Shown: positions 9,215-17,632 of the stretch, piece by piece
How positions within the stretch are numbered: position 1 is the first letter of the stretch
Layout: the number at the start of each line of letters is the position of its first letter
Notes under the pieces: generated by a model
What the model saw: only the letters and a program-made list of their open reading frames with translations
Database searches by the model: none
Told to the model about the DNA's origin: nothing
Program-made: the position numbers and the translations under genes
From: an uncultured Candidatus Peribacteria bacterium
Lineage (GTDB): Bacteria > Patescibacteriota > Gracilibacteria > Peribacterales > Peribacteraceae
Direction: 5' to 3'
NCBI GenBank assembly: GCA_964592265.1
Contig: CAZQCB010000001.1
Location: 1-42,177 of the forward strand
Length of the DNA: 42,177 bases

Positions 9215-10240
9215 ATGAAGAGCAGTGCTTCGAAGAAAGTGCTCGTGACGGGAGCCGGCGGATTCATCGGGAGTCACCTCGCACGCAGGCTGCATGAGGA
9301 GGGACATCATGTGCGCGCGGTCGACATGAAGTGGGACGGGTACATGGAGGAACCGTACTTCTCAGAGAAGATGACTCTGGACCTTCGCGTGCAGGAGAAT
9401 TGTCATAGAGCCGTAGAGGGAATGGACTGGGTCTACAGCCTTGCTGCCGACATGGGAGGCATCCTCTTCATCACCAATGTCGCCGCGGACCTGGTACACA
9501 ATAATTCCCTGATCGACATCTGCATGCTGAGAGCTGCTGCAGAGCATAAAGTGGAGAGGTATTTCTTCTCGTCATCGGCTTGCGTCTATCCAGAACATCT
9601 GCAACTCAACGCAGAGATCGGGGGATTGAAAGAGAGCGACGCATACCCGGCCAATCCGGACAGCTTCTATGGATGGGAGAAGCTCTATTGCGAGAAAGTT
9701 TGTGAGGCGTACGAGCGCGATTTTGGCCTCCAAATCCGCATCGGTCGTTTCCACAATATCTATGGGCCCCGCGGAACATATGACGGTGGACGGGAGAAGT
9801 CTCCCGCGGCGCTCTGCCGCAAAGTGATCCAAGCTTCCAACCCGGGATCGATCGAGATCTGGGGCGACGGGAATCAATCGCGCTCGTACTGCTATGTGGA
9901 TGACTGCGTCGATGGGATTTTGACCTTAACCGCGTCGGAGTACAGGAAGCCCGTGAATATCGGATCGGATCGCCTGGTCTCCATCAACGATCTTGCAGAT
10001 ATCGTCATCGGCATTTCGGGCAAACGTATTGCCAAGACGTACAATAAGACTGCTCCGCAAGGCGTACGGGGGCGGAACGCAGATCTCACGCTTGTGAAAG
10101 ATGTTCTCGGATGGGCTCCAAAGGTTTCTCTCGAGGAGGGACTTGCGAAAACGTATGCTTGGATTCAGGAAAGACTCTCTCTGAAGCAGAATCAGCCCGA
10201 GGTTCCCTTAGGTGCAGCACTCCGCACTGCCGTGCGATAG
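9215..10240 (+). CDS. GDP-mannose 3,5-epimerase-like extended SDR
   Basis: 341 aa. VTGAGGFIGSH and YGWEK (YxxxK) are present. The protein is near-collinear with GME strings: LAADMGG, SSACVYPE, RIGRFHNIYGP, GGREKSPAALCRK, WGDGNQSRS, NIGSD and GVRGRNAD. Confidence 0.8.
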   Translation: MKSSASKKVLVTGAGGFIGSHLARRLHEEGHHVRAVDMKWDGYMEEPYFSEKMTLDLRVQENCHRAVEGMDWVYSLAADMGGILFITNVAADLVHNNSLIDICMLRAAAEHKVERYFFSSSACVYPEHLQLNAEIGGLKESDAYPANPDSFYGWEKLYCEKVCEAYERDFGLQIRIGRFHNIYGPRGTYDGGREKSPAALCRKVIQASNPGSIEIWGDGNQSRSYCYVDDCVDGILTLTASEYRKPVNIGSDRLVSINDLADIVIGISGKRIAKTYNKTAPQGVRGRNADLTLVKDVLGWAPKVSLEEGLAKTYAWIQERLSLKQNQPEVPLGAALRTAVR

Positions 10241-10244
10241 CTCG

Positions 10245-11453
10245 ATGTCGTCACGCTTACTTGTGATTTCGACAGGCGTTCCCCATCCAAGTATTGGGGC
10301 GAACGTGGTCGCGCAGCACACATATTTAAGCGCTTTCCGCGATGCAGGGTACCGCATCCTCCACGTGATGCTCGTGAAGGAGGGTGTGGACAATCCCAAT
10401 GACGCCGAGCGCCATCGGAAAGAATTTTCGAATGAATCCATACGGATTCTTCCCGTGAGGGTCCCGGGATTCCTCGCAGCTGGTCGAAGGTTCTTCCAAT
10501 CATTCCAACCCACATCTCTTCCCTGGGACATCGCGGAAGCGGTGAAAGAATTCTCGCCAGATCTCTGCTTTTGTATGGATATCGCCGCGGCGGGCGTCCG
10601 GTCCGAGCTTTCCATTCCTGCAAAAACTTTGGTTTGGCTCGGGGATCTGAATTTCGAGGTGTCGTGGTATCGGGCATGGTACGCAGCGAGAGAACACTGG
10701 ACGTCCGTTTTCGCACTGCCACTCGCATGGTGGGAATCCTGTAAGTGGCGCGCCTATTACGCAAACACTCTTTCGAAGGTGGAGAGGGTCATCGTCACGG
10801 CGAAATCGTCAGAGACGGCATTGAAACGGCTAGGCATTCGAAGCACGTACCTTCCGTATTCGTGGCCTGCCCCCCCTCTTCCTGCATCTGTTCCCCCTCG
10901 ACCTCTGCAGCCGACGTTCGTCTTCTTTGGCCACCTGAGCGGACTCGGTTCGCGCTCGGCGTTCCACTTTCTGGTGGAGAAATTGTACCCCCGGCTTGTC
11001 TCTCTCTGGGGCAAAGGAGAATTCTGCATCATGATCTGCGGTATCCACGCAGTCCCTCTCTGGGCACAGCAAGCACTCGTGCATGCCCCCGAAGTGCGGA
11101 TACTCGGCTTCGTTGATGATCTCGCAGAGATGCTTCTCTCCTCCCATGGAGTCATCGTACCAATCGACGTCCCTATCGGAAACCGCACTCGCATCATCAC
11201 AGCCATGGCGCTCGGCGCTCCTGTCATCGCACACACGAATACCGCTCTCGGGAATCCCAGTCTCGTGGATGGCGAAACCTGCTTCCTTGGGAGGGACGCA
11301 GACACGTTTGTGGAACGCATGCAGCAGCTCGTGCACGGAGGAAAGGAGGTAGAGCACATGATCAGGAATGCGAAGCTGATCTACGAAAGGGAGTACCACC
11401 CTGCTCAGGCCAACAGGGCAATGCTCGAGGAATTGCGTCGTCTTCTCGGGTAA
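10245..11453 (+). CDS. GT-B fold glycosyltransferase (GT4-like)
   Basis: 402 aa from ATG10245; the track start GTG10212 overlaps the previous gene. The C-terminal half is Glycos_transf_1-like (ILGFVDDL..GNRTRIITAMALGAPVIAH..LVDGETCFL). Confidence 0.65.
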   Translation: MSSRLLVISTGVPHPSIGANVVAQHTYLSAFRDAGYRILHVMLVKEGVDNPNDAERHRKEFSNESIRILPVRVPGFLAAGRRFFQSFQPTSLPWDIAEAVKEFSPDLCFCMDIAAAGVRSELSIPAKTLVWLGDLNFEVSWYRAWYAAREHWTSVFALPLAWWESCKWRAYYANTLSKVERVIVTAKSSETALKRLGIRSTYLPYSWPAPPLPASVPPRPLQPTFVFFGHLSGLGSRSAFHFLVEKLYPRLVSLWGKGEFCIMICGIHAVPLWAQQALVHAPEVRILGFVDDLAEMLLSSHGVIVPIDVPIGNRTRIITAMALGAPVIAHTNTALGNPSLVDGETCFLGRDADTFVERMQQLVHGGKEVEHMIRNAKLIYEREYHPAQANRAMLEELRRLLG

Positions 11454-13271
11454 TCAATCGAACTTCTGCGCCTCCCAGTGCGCGGCGAATACCCCCTGCC
11501 GCCCTTTCAGCTCTTCGAGAGTCCCCTCCTCAATGCACCGCCCTTCCTCAATCACGACAATCTTGTCCGCATTCTTGATGGTGAAGAGTCGGTGGGCAAT
11601 GACAATGGCGGTCTTCCCACGGATCACTTCCTCCACCGCTTCCTGAACGAGCTTCTCGGTTTTGCTATCGAGCGAGCTCGTTGCCTCATCGAGGATGAGG
11701 ATGTCTGCTCCGGCGAGGAGCGCGCGCGCGATGGAGACGCGCTGTTTCTCTCCTCCCGAGAGTTTCACTCCCCTGTCACCAATGAGCGTCTCGAGACCCT
11801 GAGGGAGCTCCTCAACATAGTCGAGGAGGCGGGCGCGCTCTACGACCACGAGAAGTTGCTCCTCAGACACTCTCGATGCCCCATACGTGATGTTGTTCCG
11901 AAGCGTATCATGCAGCAGAAGGGTCTCTTGGCTCACGAGCGCGATGTGTGAACGGAGAGAGGCGGCCGTGAATTCCCGAATATCCGCATCATCGAAGAAG
12001 AGACTTCCCGGGGGACAATCGTAGTACCGGAGAAGCAGGCTGATGATCGTCGTCTTCCCCGCGCCCGTCGGACCCACGATCGCCGTCACCTTCCCCTGTT
12101 CAATGGAGAACGAGAGGTCGCGGAGGATCTCTCGATCCTCTCCATACGAAAAGTGCAAATTCCGGAAGGTGATGGCGCGCTGGAGTCCGGTACATTCCCT
12201 CTTGCCGTCAGGAACCATATGCTTCTCCGTGCGGTCGAAGAGCTGCACGATTTCCGCGACGGGCCCAGTCGCATTCGCAAGGTTTGATCGTAAGCCCGTG
12301 AGCGTGCCGAACCTATTCACAATGTTCAACACAAGGTAGAAGTAGATGAGGAAGGAAGGAGCAGCGACGCTCTGCTCCCGCACGAGGAGATGGAGCATGA
12401 ATGCAACAAGCAGGAGCACTGCAAAGAGCGTGACCATTTCCTGCAGGGGATGGATGATGTGCTCCACAATCTTCGCACGGAATGCGAGTTTCGCCCCTTC
12501 GTCACTGATGGCTGCGAAGCGATGCCGTTCCTCTTCCTCCATGTTCCGCGCCTTCACCAGGGGAATGAGAGAGAGAATCTCTATCCCTTTCTTCCCGAGA
12601 GCGCTCGTGCGCTCAGCGATGGATACCGAGAGATGACGAAGCCGCACGATCATCCCTTTCACGCCATAGTGCAGGATGAAGAAGAGTGGAATGGCAAAGA
12701 GCGTCAGCTTCCAGGAAATGAAGCACATCACGATGATGTACACGACGATCGAGAAAAGAGCATGGATGAAGCGATCTATTGTGAGGAGTGGCTGAAGCGC
12801 ATAGGTGGTGAATTGAGAGAGGACGGTGCTGTGGTGCCCGACGCTTGTGCGATCGAAGTAGAGCTTTCCAAAACTCAGGTAGGTATTGAAGACTTGTTTC
12901 CGCAGATGATGCAACGTGCGGACACCAAGATAGGACATGCTGAGTGTCGCGCAGTATCGCAGGATGTTCTTGAGGAGAATCACCACAACAAAGCTGCCCA
13001 TGAGAATGACAAAGAGCATGCGGTCATCCAGATCGAGATTGCCAGGGAGGAAAGAGAGCACAGTGGCAATGCCCGGGATGTCTTTGATGAAACTGTAATC
13101 CTTTTGCAAAAACCCATGGAGAATCGGAATGAGGAGCCCCATCCCAACTCCCTCGAGTGAGGCAACGATGAGGAAGAGGAATGTGGGAATCAGGAAGTAC
13201 CCCCAGTGCATGTGGATCCTCCGGAGGAGGAAAAAAATCTGCTGTACCGTGGTGAGCTCCTTCGTAGCCAT
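11454..13271 (-). CDS. ABC exporter, fused permease/ATPase (MsbA/PglK-like)
   Basis: ATG13271 (MATKELTTVQQIFFLLRR) gives 605 aa. A 6-TM domain is followed by Walker A GPTGAGKTT, signature LSGGEKQR, Walker B ILILDEATS and AHRL. The stop abuts the convergent stop (TAATCA). Confidence 0.9.
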   Translation of the reverse strand: MATKELTTVQQIFFLLRRIHMHWGYFLIPTFLFLIVASLEGVGMGLLIPILHGFLQKDYSFIKDIPGIATVLSFLPGNLDLDDRMLFVILMGSFVVVILLKNILRYCATLSMSYLGVRTLHHLRKQVFNTYLSFGKLYFDRTSVGHHSTVLSQFTTYALQPLLTIDRFIHALFSIVVYIIVMCFISWKLTLFAIPLFFILHYGVKGMIVRLRHLSVSIAERTSALGKKGIEILSLIPLVKARNMEEEERHRFAAISDEGAKLAFRAKIVEHIIHPLQEMVTLFAVLLLVAFMLHLLVREQSVAAPSFLIYFYLVLNIVNRFGTLTGLRSNLANATGPVAEIVQLFDRTEKHMVPDGKRECTGLQRAITFRNLHFSYGEDREILRDLSFSIEQGKVTAIVGPTGAGKTTIISLLLRYYDCPPGSLFFDDADIREFTAASLRSHIALVSQETLLLHDTLRNNITYGASRVSEEQLLVVVERARLLDYVEELPQGLETLIGDRGVKLSGGEKQRVSIARALLAGADILILDEATSSLDSKTEKLVQEAVEEVIRGKTAIVIAHRLFTIKNADKIVVIEEGRCIEEGTLEELKGRQGVFAAHWEAQKFD

Positions 13272-13280
13272 TTCCTGCAA

Positions 13281-13286
13281 AGAATA
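13281..13286 (-). promoter_or_regulatory. -10-like box TATTCT, 9 nt upstream of ATG13271 (minus strand)
   Basis: The minus strand reads TATTCT-ttgcaggaa-ATG. The box lies in the 48-bp divergent gap. Confidence 0.3.
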
Positions 13287-13307
13287 GCTCCAGAACTGCT
13301 CAAACGC

Positions 13308-13313
13308 TATGCT
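13308..13313 (+). promoter_or_regulatory. -10-like box TATGCT, 6 nt upstream of GTG13320
   Basis: The sequence reads TATGCT-ttgggg-GTG. It is interleaved with the opposite promoter. Confidence 0.3.
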
Positions 13314-13319
13314 TTGGGG

Positions 13320-14525
13320 GTGCATATTCTCTTGCTCAATGATGATTCTCCGGTGGAAACCCGGGGAGGCGCAGCAATAATCATTGACCGACTTCGAAGA
13401 GAATTTGTACGCCAAGGACACCGCGTGACACTCATCGTCACTCATCAAGATGGAATCCGAGAAAAAATCGTACGAATGAAGGATGCAGAAGGGGAAATTA
13501 TCAGCCTCTTTCGGGAATATCCGCTCGCAAAGAGAGCGCGGCTCTCCCTTCGAAGTACGGAAATAGAAAATGCGCTTTCGACACTTCTTTCTGAGCTTCG
13601 GCCCAATGTCATCAGTGCTCATAACATCCATACCTACCTCTCCTATGGAAGTTTGGAGACTGCAAAAAAATTCACATCCAAAATTTTTCTCACAGCACAC
13701 GATACATTCCTCGTTTCCTTCGATCGGGTGCGAGGAGAGCGCTATGAGAGAGCGGCACTTCGTGGGGAAGGGTATCGCATGCATCTCTTCGATCACGTGC
13801 AGGTTGCGGGTCGCAAATACTTCCCACTTCGAAATTTCACTATTCGCAAGATTCTTCGAAACACCGGAACGAAAGTCATTGCAATAAGTACTGCGACAAA
13901 AAAAATTTTAGAAGCAAATGGCATCCGAGTCGAGAGTGTCATTCATAATGGGATCGCGGTTACGCTCCCTCGGGAGAAGCCTCAGAGCTCTCATCCGACA
14001 GTGCTTTTCGGGGGACGTGTGAGCCTCGATAAGGGCATTGGGGCACTCCTCGATGCAATGGAACTCGTACTCCAAGAGCTTCCAGAAGCTCAGCTCCTCC
14101 TTGTTGGAGAGAAATCACGGATCGAACCTGAGCTCCAAGGTGTCTCTTCGAGCCTCCGAAGCGCGATTCGTCTCACGGGGTGGCTCTCGCAGGAAGAGTT
14201 GCGCCTTGCATACGCTTCCGCCGATGTCGTCACCACTCCCTCCCTCTACCTCGATAACTTCCCGACGATCAATCTGGAAGCGATGGAAGGAGCAAAGCCC
14301 ATCATCGGAACGTGTTTCGGAGGAACGCCGGAAGTGGTGGAAGATACGGTCACAGGAATCATCCTGCACCCTCGGGATACAAAAAAATTTGCAGATTCAC
14401 TCCTCATGCTCTTGCGGGACCCCACGAAAGCCAAGAAGATGGGGGAAGCGGGAAGAAAGAGGATTGAAGAGCATTTTTCCCTGCACGCTCAGGCAGATGC
14501 GTACCTTCGTCTTTTTCAACAATGA
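13320..14525 (+). CDS. GT4 family glycosyltransferase
   Basis: An N-terminal GGAAIIIDRL and a C-terminal E-x7-E (NLEAMEGAKPIIGTCFGGTPEVVED) are present. The start is uncertain. I prefer GTG13320 (VHILLLNDD) over ATG13206, which would overlap the ABC gene by 66 nt. Confidence 0.8.
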   Translation: MHILLLNDDSPVETRGGAAIIIDRLRREFVRQGHRVTLIVTHQDGIREKIVRMKDAEGEIISLFREYPLAKRARLSLRSTEIENALSTLLSELRPNVISAHNIHTYLSYGSLETAKKFTSKIFLTAHDTFLVSFDRVRGERYERAALRGEGYRMHLFDHVQVAGRKYFPLRNFTIRKILRNTGTKVIAISTATKKILEANGIRVESVIHNGIAVTLPREKPQSSHPTVLFGGRVSLDKGIGALLDAMELVLQELPEAQLLLVGEKSRIEPELQGVSSSLRSAIRLTGWLSQEELRLAYASADVVTTPSLYLDNFPTINLEAMEGAKPIIGTCFGGTPEVVEDTVTGIILHPRDTKKFADSLLMLLRDPTKAKKMGEAGRKRIEEHFSLHAQADAYLRLFQQ

Positions 14526-15175
14526 TCATCACACAACCCGATCGCGTCTTGCTGACAGAACAAATCGCGCGGCACGCCGGAGCTCTCCGCGGAACACTGC
14601 TCGATGTCGGTTCCGGTCGTTCTCGGAGATACGCTTCACTCTTGAAGAATGTCACAAGTTATAAAACACTCGATGCGAGTACCGCCGGAAATCCGGACAT
14701 TGTAGGATCTGCCGAGAAGATCCCCCTTCCCGATGGAAGCATAGACAGTATTCTCTGTACCCAAGTCCTCGAACATGTCCCGCACCCTGCGACAGCCCTT
14801 CAGGAAATGCATCGTGTCTTAAAGAGTGGAGGCTACATCCTCCTCACGGTTCCACAGATGAATGAACTGCATGAGATCCCGCATGATTACTTTCGCTACA
14901 CCTGCTTCGGCCTACGCACGCTCTTCGAAGAAGCGGGCTTCACGATCGAAGCTCTCGAGCAGCGCGGGAAATATCGTGCGACTGCGATGCAGATGCGGAT
15001 TCGCTACCTCATTGACCGCTTCCATCCTTATGAAAACCGTTTTGCGATGCTCCTTCTCGCCCCTCTCACGTATCTCCTCACACACATTGCCATTTTTCTG
15101 GATTCACTCGTTCGGAACGAAGCCTCGAAACGCCATGCCATTGGCTGGTGCGTGCTCGCGACGAAGCCGTCATGA
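14522..15175 (+). CDS. class I SAM-dependent methyltransferase (Methyltransf_11-like)
   Basis: 217 aa. LLDVGSGRS, ILCTQVLEHVPHP and GGYILLTVP are present. ATGA overlap with the previous gene. Confidence 0.85.
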   Translation: MIITQPDRVLLTEQIARHAGALRGTLLDVGSGRSRRYASLLKNVTSYKTLDASTAGNPDIVGSAEKIPLPDGSIDSILCTQVLEHVPHPATALQEMHRVLKSGGYILLTVPQMNELHEIPHDYFRYTCFGLRTLFEEAGFTIEALEQRGKYRATAMQMRIRYLIDRFHPYENRFAMLLLAPLTYLLTHIAIFLDSLVRNEASKRHAIGWCVLATKPS

Positions 15176-15194
15176 CACCACTTTCACACTCTTG

Positions 15195-15218
15195 TACCAA
15201 TTCACTAGTGAATTGGTA
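15195..15218. repeat. 24-nt perfect palindrome TACCAATTCACTAGTGAATTGGTA, copy 1
   Basis: Read directly from the sequence. An identical 26-mer (with G and T flanks) recurs at 39866-39891. This copy spans the gap between convergent genes and supplies the last codons and the TAG stop of wecB. Confidence 0.95.
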
Positions 15219-16341
15219 TTTTCGAAAGCTCCTTCACAATCTCCTCCCCCGCATGGCCACCCCCAAACCCTAGAGTAGTTTCGAGGGACCACGCCTTGGG
15301 AACATTGCTCACGGGAACTCTTGCATAAGTTATTATGGATTTTTTATCTTTCTCGTCATTTAAATTCACAAGCTGATTACCATACTTTAAGGTTATCGGC
15401 CTTTCTGTATTCCTGCGGAGTGTGAAACACTTTATCCCAAGAAAAGCTGTCTCCTCTTGAATGCCTCCCGAATCAGTAATAACAAACTTCGACCGAATCA
15501 TCAGTTTGATAAATGGTAGATATCCCAACGGATCTATACGCCTAATGTATTCCAAAAATTTTGATTGCAATCCAAATCTTTGAATGGCAGCTTGTGTGCG
15601 AAAGTGAACGGGGAATATCAGAGAGCACTCTTTACAAGCAACAGAATTCATAAAATCTATACAGCGTTCTAGATTTTCCTTGTTATCTACGTTACTCGGA
15701 CGATGTAAAGTAACAAGTCCAAAATGCCGTGGCTCCAATTTCTCAAGAGGGGAAGGCAACTTCTGTTTCATAAATACTTCAAAATTTGTTCCACGAGTAG
15801 TCATTCGCATGAGCGTATCAATCATCGTGTTTCCGACGTGGTGCACACCCTTCGTTATTCCTTCATTCTGAAGATTATCCATTCCAGATTGCTCCGTGAC
15901 AAAAAGAAATGCTGAAAGGTGATCGATTGCCTTGCGATTACCCTCCTCGGGCATTGCATCATCGAATGAGCGAAGTCCCGCCTCGACGTGTGCAATGGGA
16001 ATTTTCAGTTCGTGCGCCGCGAGTGCTCCCCCCAATGCCCCGCTCACATCACCGTAGACGAGGACAAGCTCCGGTTGGAGTTTCTTGAGGATAGGGAGTG
16101 CTGCTTCCTTCGTGCGTGCAACGGTATCATCGTTACTCGCTCCTCCCTTCACCCCCAAATTCTCATGGGGTTCTGGAATATTGAGCTCTTTGAAAAAAAT
16201 CTCGGAGAGCAGTGGATCATAGTGTTGGCCTGTATGAATGATGATGTGCTCCCACTTCGGCGCATGCTCTTTGAGAGCATGGTGGAGTGCTGCAAGCTTG
16301 ATAAAGTTAGGTCTGGCCGAAACGATACTCACAATTCTCAT
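15205..16341 (-). CDS. wecB: UDP-N-acetylglucosamine 2-epimerase (non-hydrolysing)
   Basis: 378 aa. MRIVSIVSARPNFIKLA, HTGQHYD and ITDSGGIQEE are present. Confidence 0.9.
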   Translation of the reverse strand: MRIVSIVSARPNFIKLAALHHALKEHAPKWEHIIIHTGQHYDPLLSEIFFKELNIPEPHENLGVKGGASNDDTVARTKEAALPILKKLQPELVLVYGDVSGALGGALAAHELKIPIAHVEAGLRSFDDAMPEEGNRKAIDHLSAFLFVTEQSGMDNLQNEGITKGVHHVGNTMIDTLMRMTTRGTNFEVFMKQKLPSPLEKLEPRHFGLVTLHRPSNVDNKENLERCIDFMNSVACKECSLIFPVHFRTQAAIQRFGLQSKFLEYIRRIDPLGYLPFIKLMIRSKFVITDSGGIQEETAFLGIKCFTLRRNTERPITLKYGNQLVNLNDEKDKKSIITYARVPVSNVPKAWSLETTLGFGGGHAGEEIVKELSKIPIH

Positions 16342-16358
16342 GACGCAGATTCCGACAC

Positions 16359-16364
16359 ATTATA
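16359..16364 (-). promoter_or_regulatory. consensus -10 TATAAT, 17 nt upstream of wecB ATG
   Basis: The minus strand reads cccTATAATgtgtcggaatctgcgtcATG, inside the 60-bp gap after the upstream stop. Confidence 0.35.
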
Positions 16365-16401
16365 GGGAAAGGAGACGCATGACAGGCAGAAGGAGCACCG
16401 C

Positions 16402-17613
16402 TTAAGGAAGGAGTTTCCGCTCACGGAAAAACTCCCGGAAGACCTGCACAATGTACCCCAGCTGCTCCTTCGAAAACCCCGGATGACACCCAATGTAGAA
16501 TCCACACCGGTTGATCCAGTCCGCGACAGGATATTCCTGGAGGGGAATATGCATCGGCGCATAGACCGGCTGATTGATGAGTGGGAGCAAATCACGTGTC
16601 TCGACATTCCATGCCTCCAGGTGCTCGACGAGTTCATTCCTCGCGAAAGGCGACCCTTCCCGGACCACAATGGGAAACATCATGAAGGCATGATCCTGCA
16701 CAGTGGGATCGTACCAAGGAAGTTGTAACCACTGCGCGAGCGGATGCAGGTCGGCGCCGAGCGTCTGCGCATGTTCCCTCCGCACACGAAGGATCTCCTC
16801 CAGGCGCTCCAACTGGGCAAGGCCGAGTGCCGCCTCCATCTCGGTCGCACGGAAGCTGTAGCCACGCCGAATGAAACGAAAGCGACGCCGAATGATTTCC
16901 CGAAAACGCGCACCATCAATATCCTGATCATCATCCATGCAGAGATAGATACTATCGCGGCCATGGTTCGCGAGGCTACGGAGGATCTCCGCATAGTGCG
17001 GATCGCTGGTAAGAGCAAAACCCCCGACCCCCGTCACGATAATGTGCGCTGCATATGTGGAGAAGCAGCTGATCGCCCCGAGCGACCCCGCCGTACGGCC
17101 ACGGTACTGCGCACCCACCGTCTCGCAGCTATCCTCGATCACAGTGAGATCGTGCTTTGTAGCGACCGCAAGGATCAGATCCATGTCTGCCATGAGCCCG
17201 CACAAGTGCACCACCATGACTCCGCGCGTGCGCGGCGTGATCTTCGCCTCCATCTGCGCAGGATCGATGGTATAGGTGCGGGGATGACAATCCACGAAGA
17301 CCGGTGTGAGGCCGTGCTCCAGGAGCACGTTCACCGTCGCAACGAAGGTGACTGCAGGAACAAGTATCTCGTCCCCCTCCCGCCATTTGCCCACTTCTTT
17401 GAGACAGGCAACCGCTATGGAGAGCGCGCTTGTGCCGCTGTTCACGAACACCCCAAATCCACAATCATGCCTGCGGGCAAATTCCTGCTCGAACTTGCGG
17501 CTGAACGGTCCGTAGGAAAGCCGCTTGCTCTGCAGTACCTGCTGCACGTAGTCGAACTCCCTCGCTGTGAGATCCACGCTGCCAACGCCCAACTGTGCAG
17601 GAGAACGTTCCAT
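16402..17613 (-). CDS. DegT-fold enzyme with His in place of the Schiff-base Lys (ColD/E1-type sugar 3-dehydratase candidate)
   Basis: 403 aa from ATG17613. NSGTSALSIAV and EDSCE are present. The Lys position reads His (FSTYAAHIIVTGVGG; codon 17044-17046). Confidence 0.8.
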   Translation of the reverse strand: MERSPAQLGVGSVDLTAREFDYVQQVLQSKRLSYGPFSRKFEQEFARRHDCGFGVFVNSGTSALSIAVACLKEVGKWREGDEILVPAVTFVATVNVLLEHGLTPVFVDCHPRTYTIDPAQMEAKITPRTRGVMVVHLCGLMADMDLILAVATKHDLTVIEDSCETVGAQYRGRTAGSLGAISCFSTYAAHIIVTGVGGFALTSDPHYAEILRSLANHGRDSIYLCMDDDQDIDGARFREIIRRRFRFIRRGYSFRATEMEAALGLAQLERLEEILRVRREHAQTLGADLHPLAQWLQLPWYDPTVQDHAFMMFPIVVREGSPFARNELVEHLEAWNVETRDLLPLINQPVYAPMHIPLQEYPVADWINRCGFYIGCHPGFSKEQLGYIVQVFREFFRERKLLP

Positions 17614-17622
17614 GCCCGCGGG

Positions 17623-17628
17623 AGTATA
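17623..17628 (-). promoter_or_regulatory. -10-like box TATACT, 9 nt upstream of ATG17613
   Basis: The minus strand reads TATACT-cccgcgggc-ATG. Confidence 0.3.
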
Positions 17629-17632
17629 GCAG

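Noticed and set aside
11454-13796. Long N-terminal extensions offered by the ORF track (ABC gene to 13796; also 4605-5786, 16402-17775, 20706-21689, 33129-34124, 34995-35972)
   Set aside because: The extensions overlap divergent or upstream genes and contain no domain sequence. Internal ATGs sit just after the upstream stops and immediately before the recognisable domain starts.
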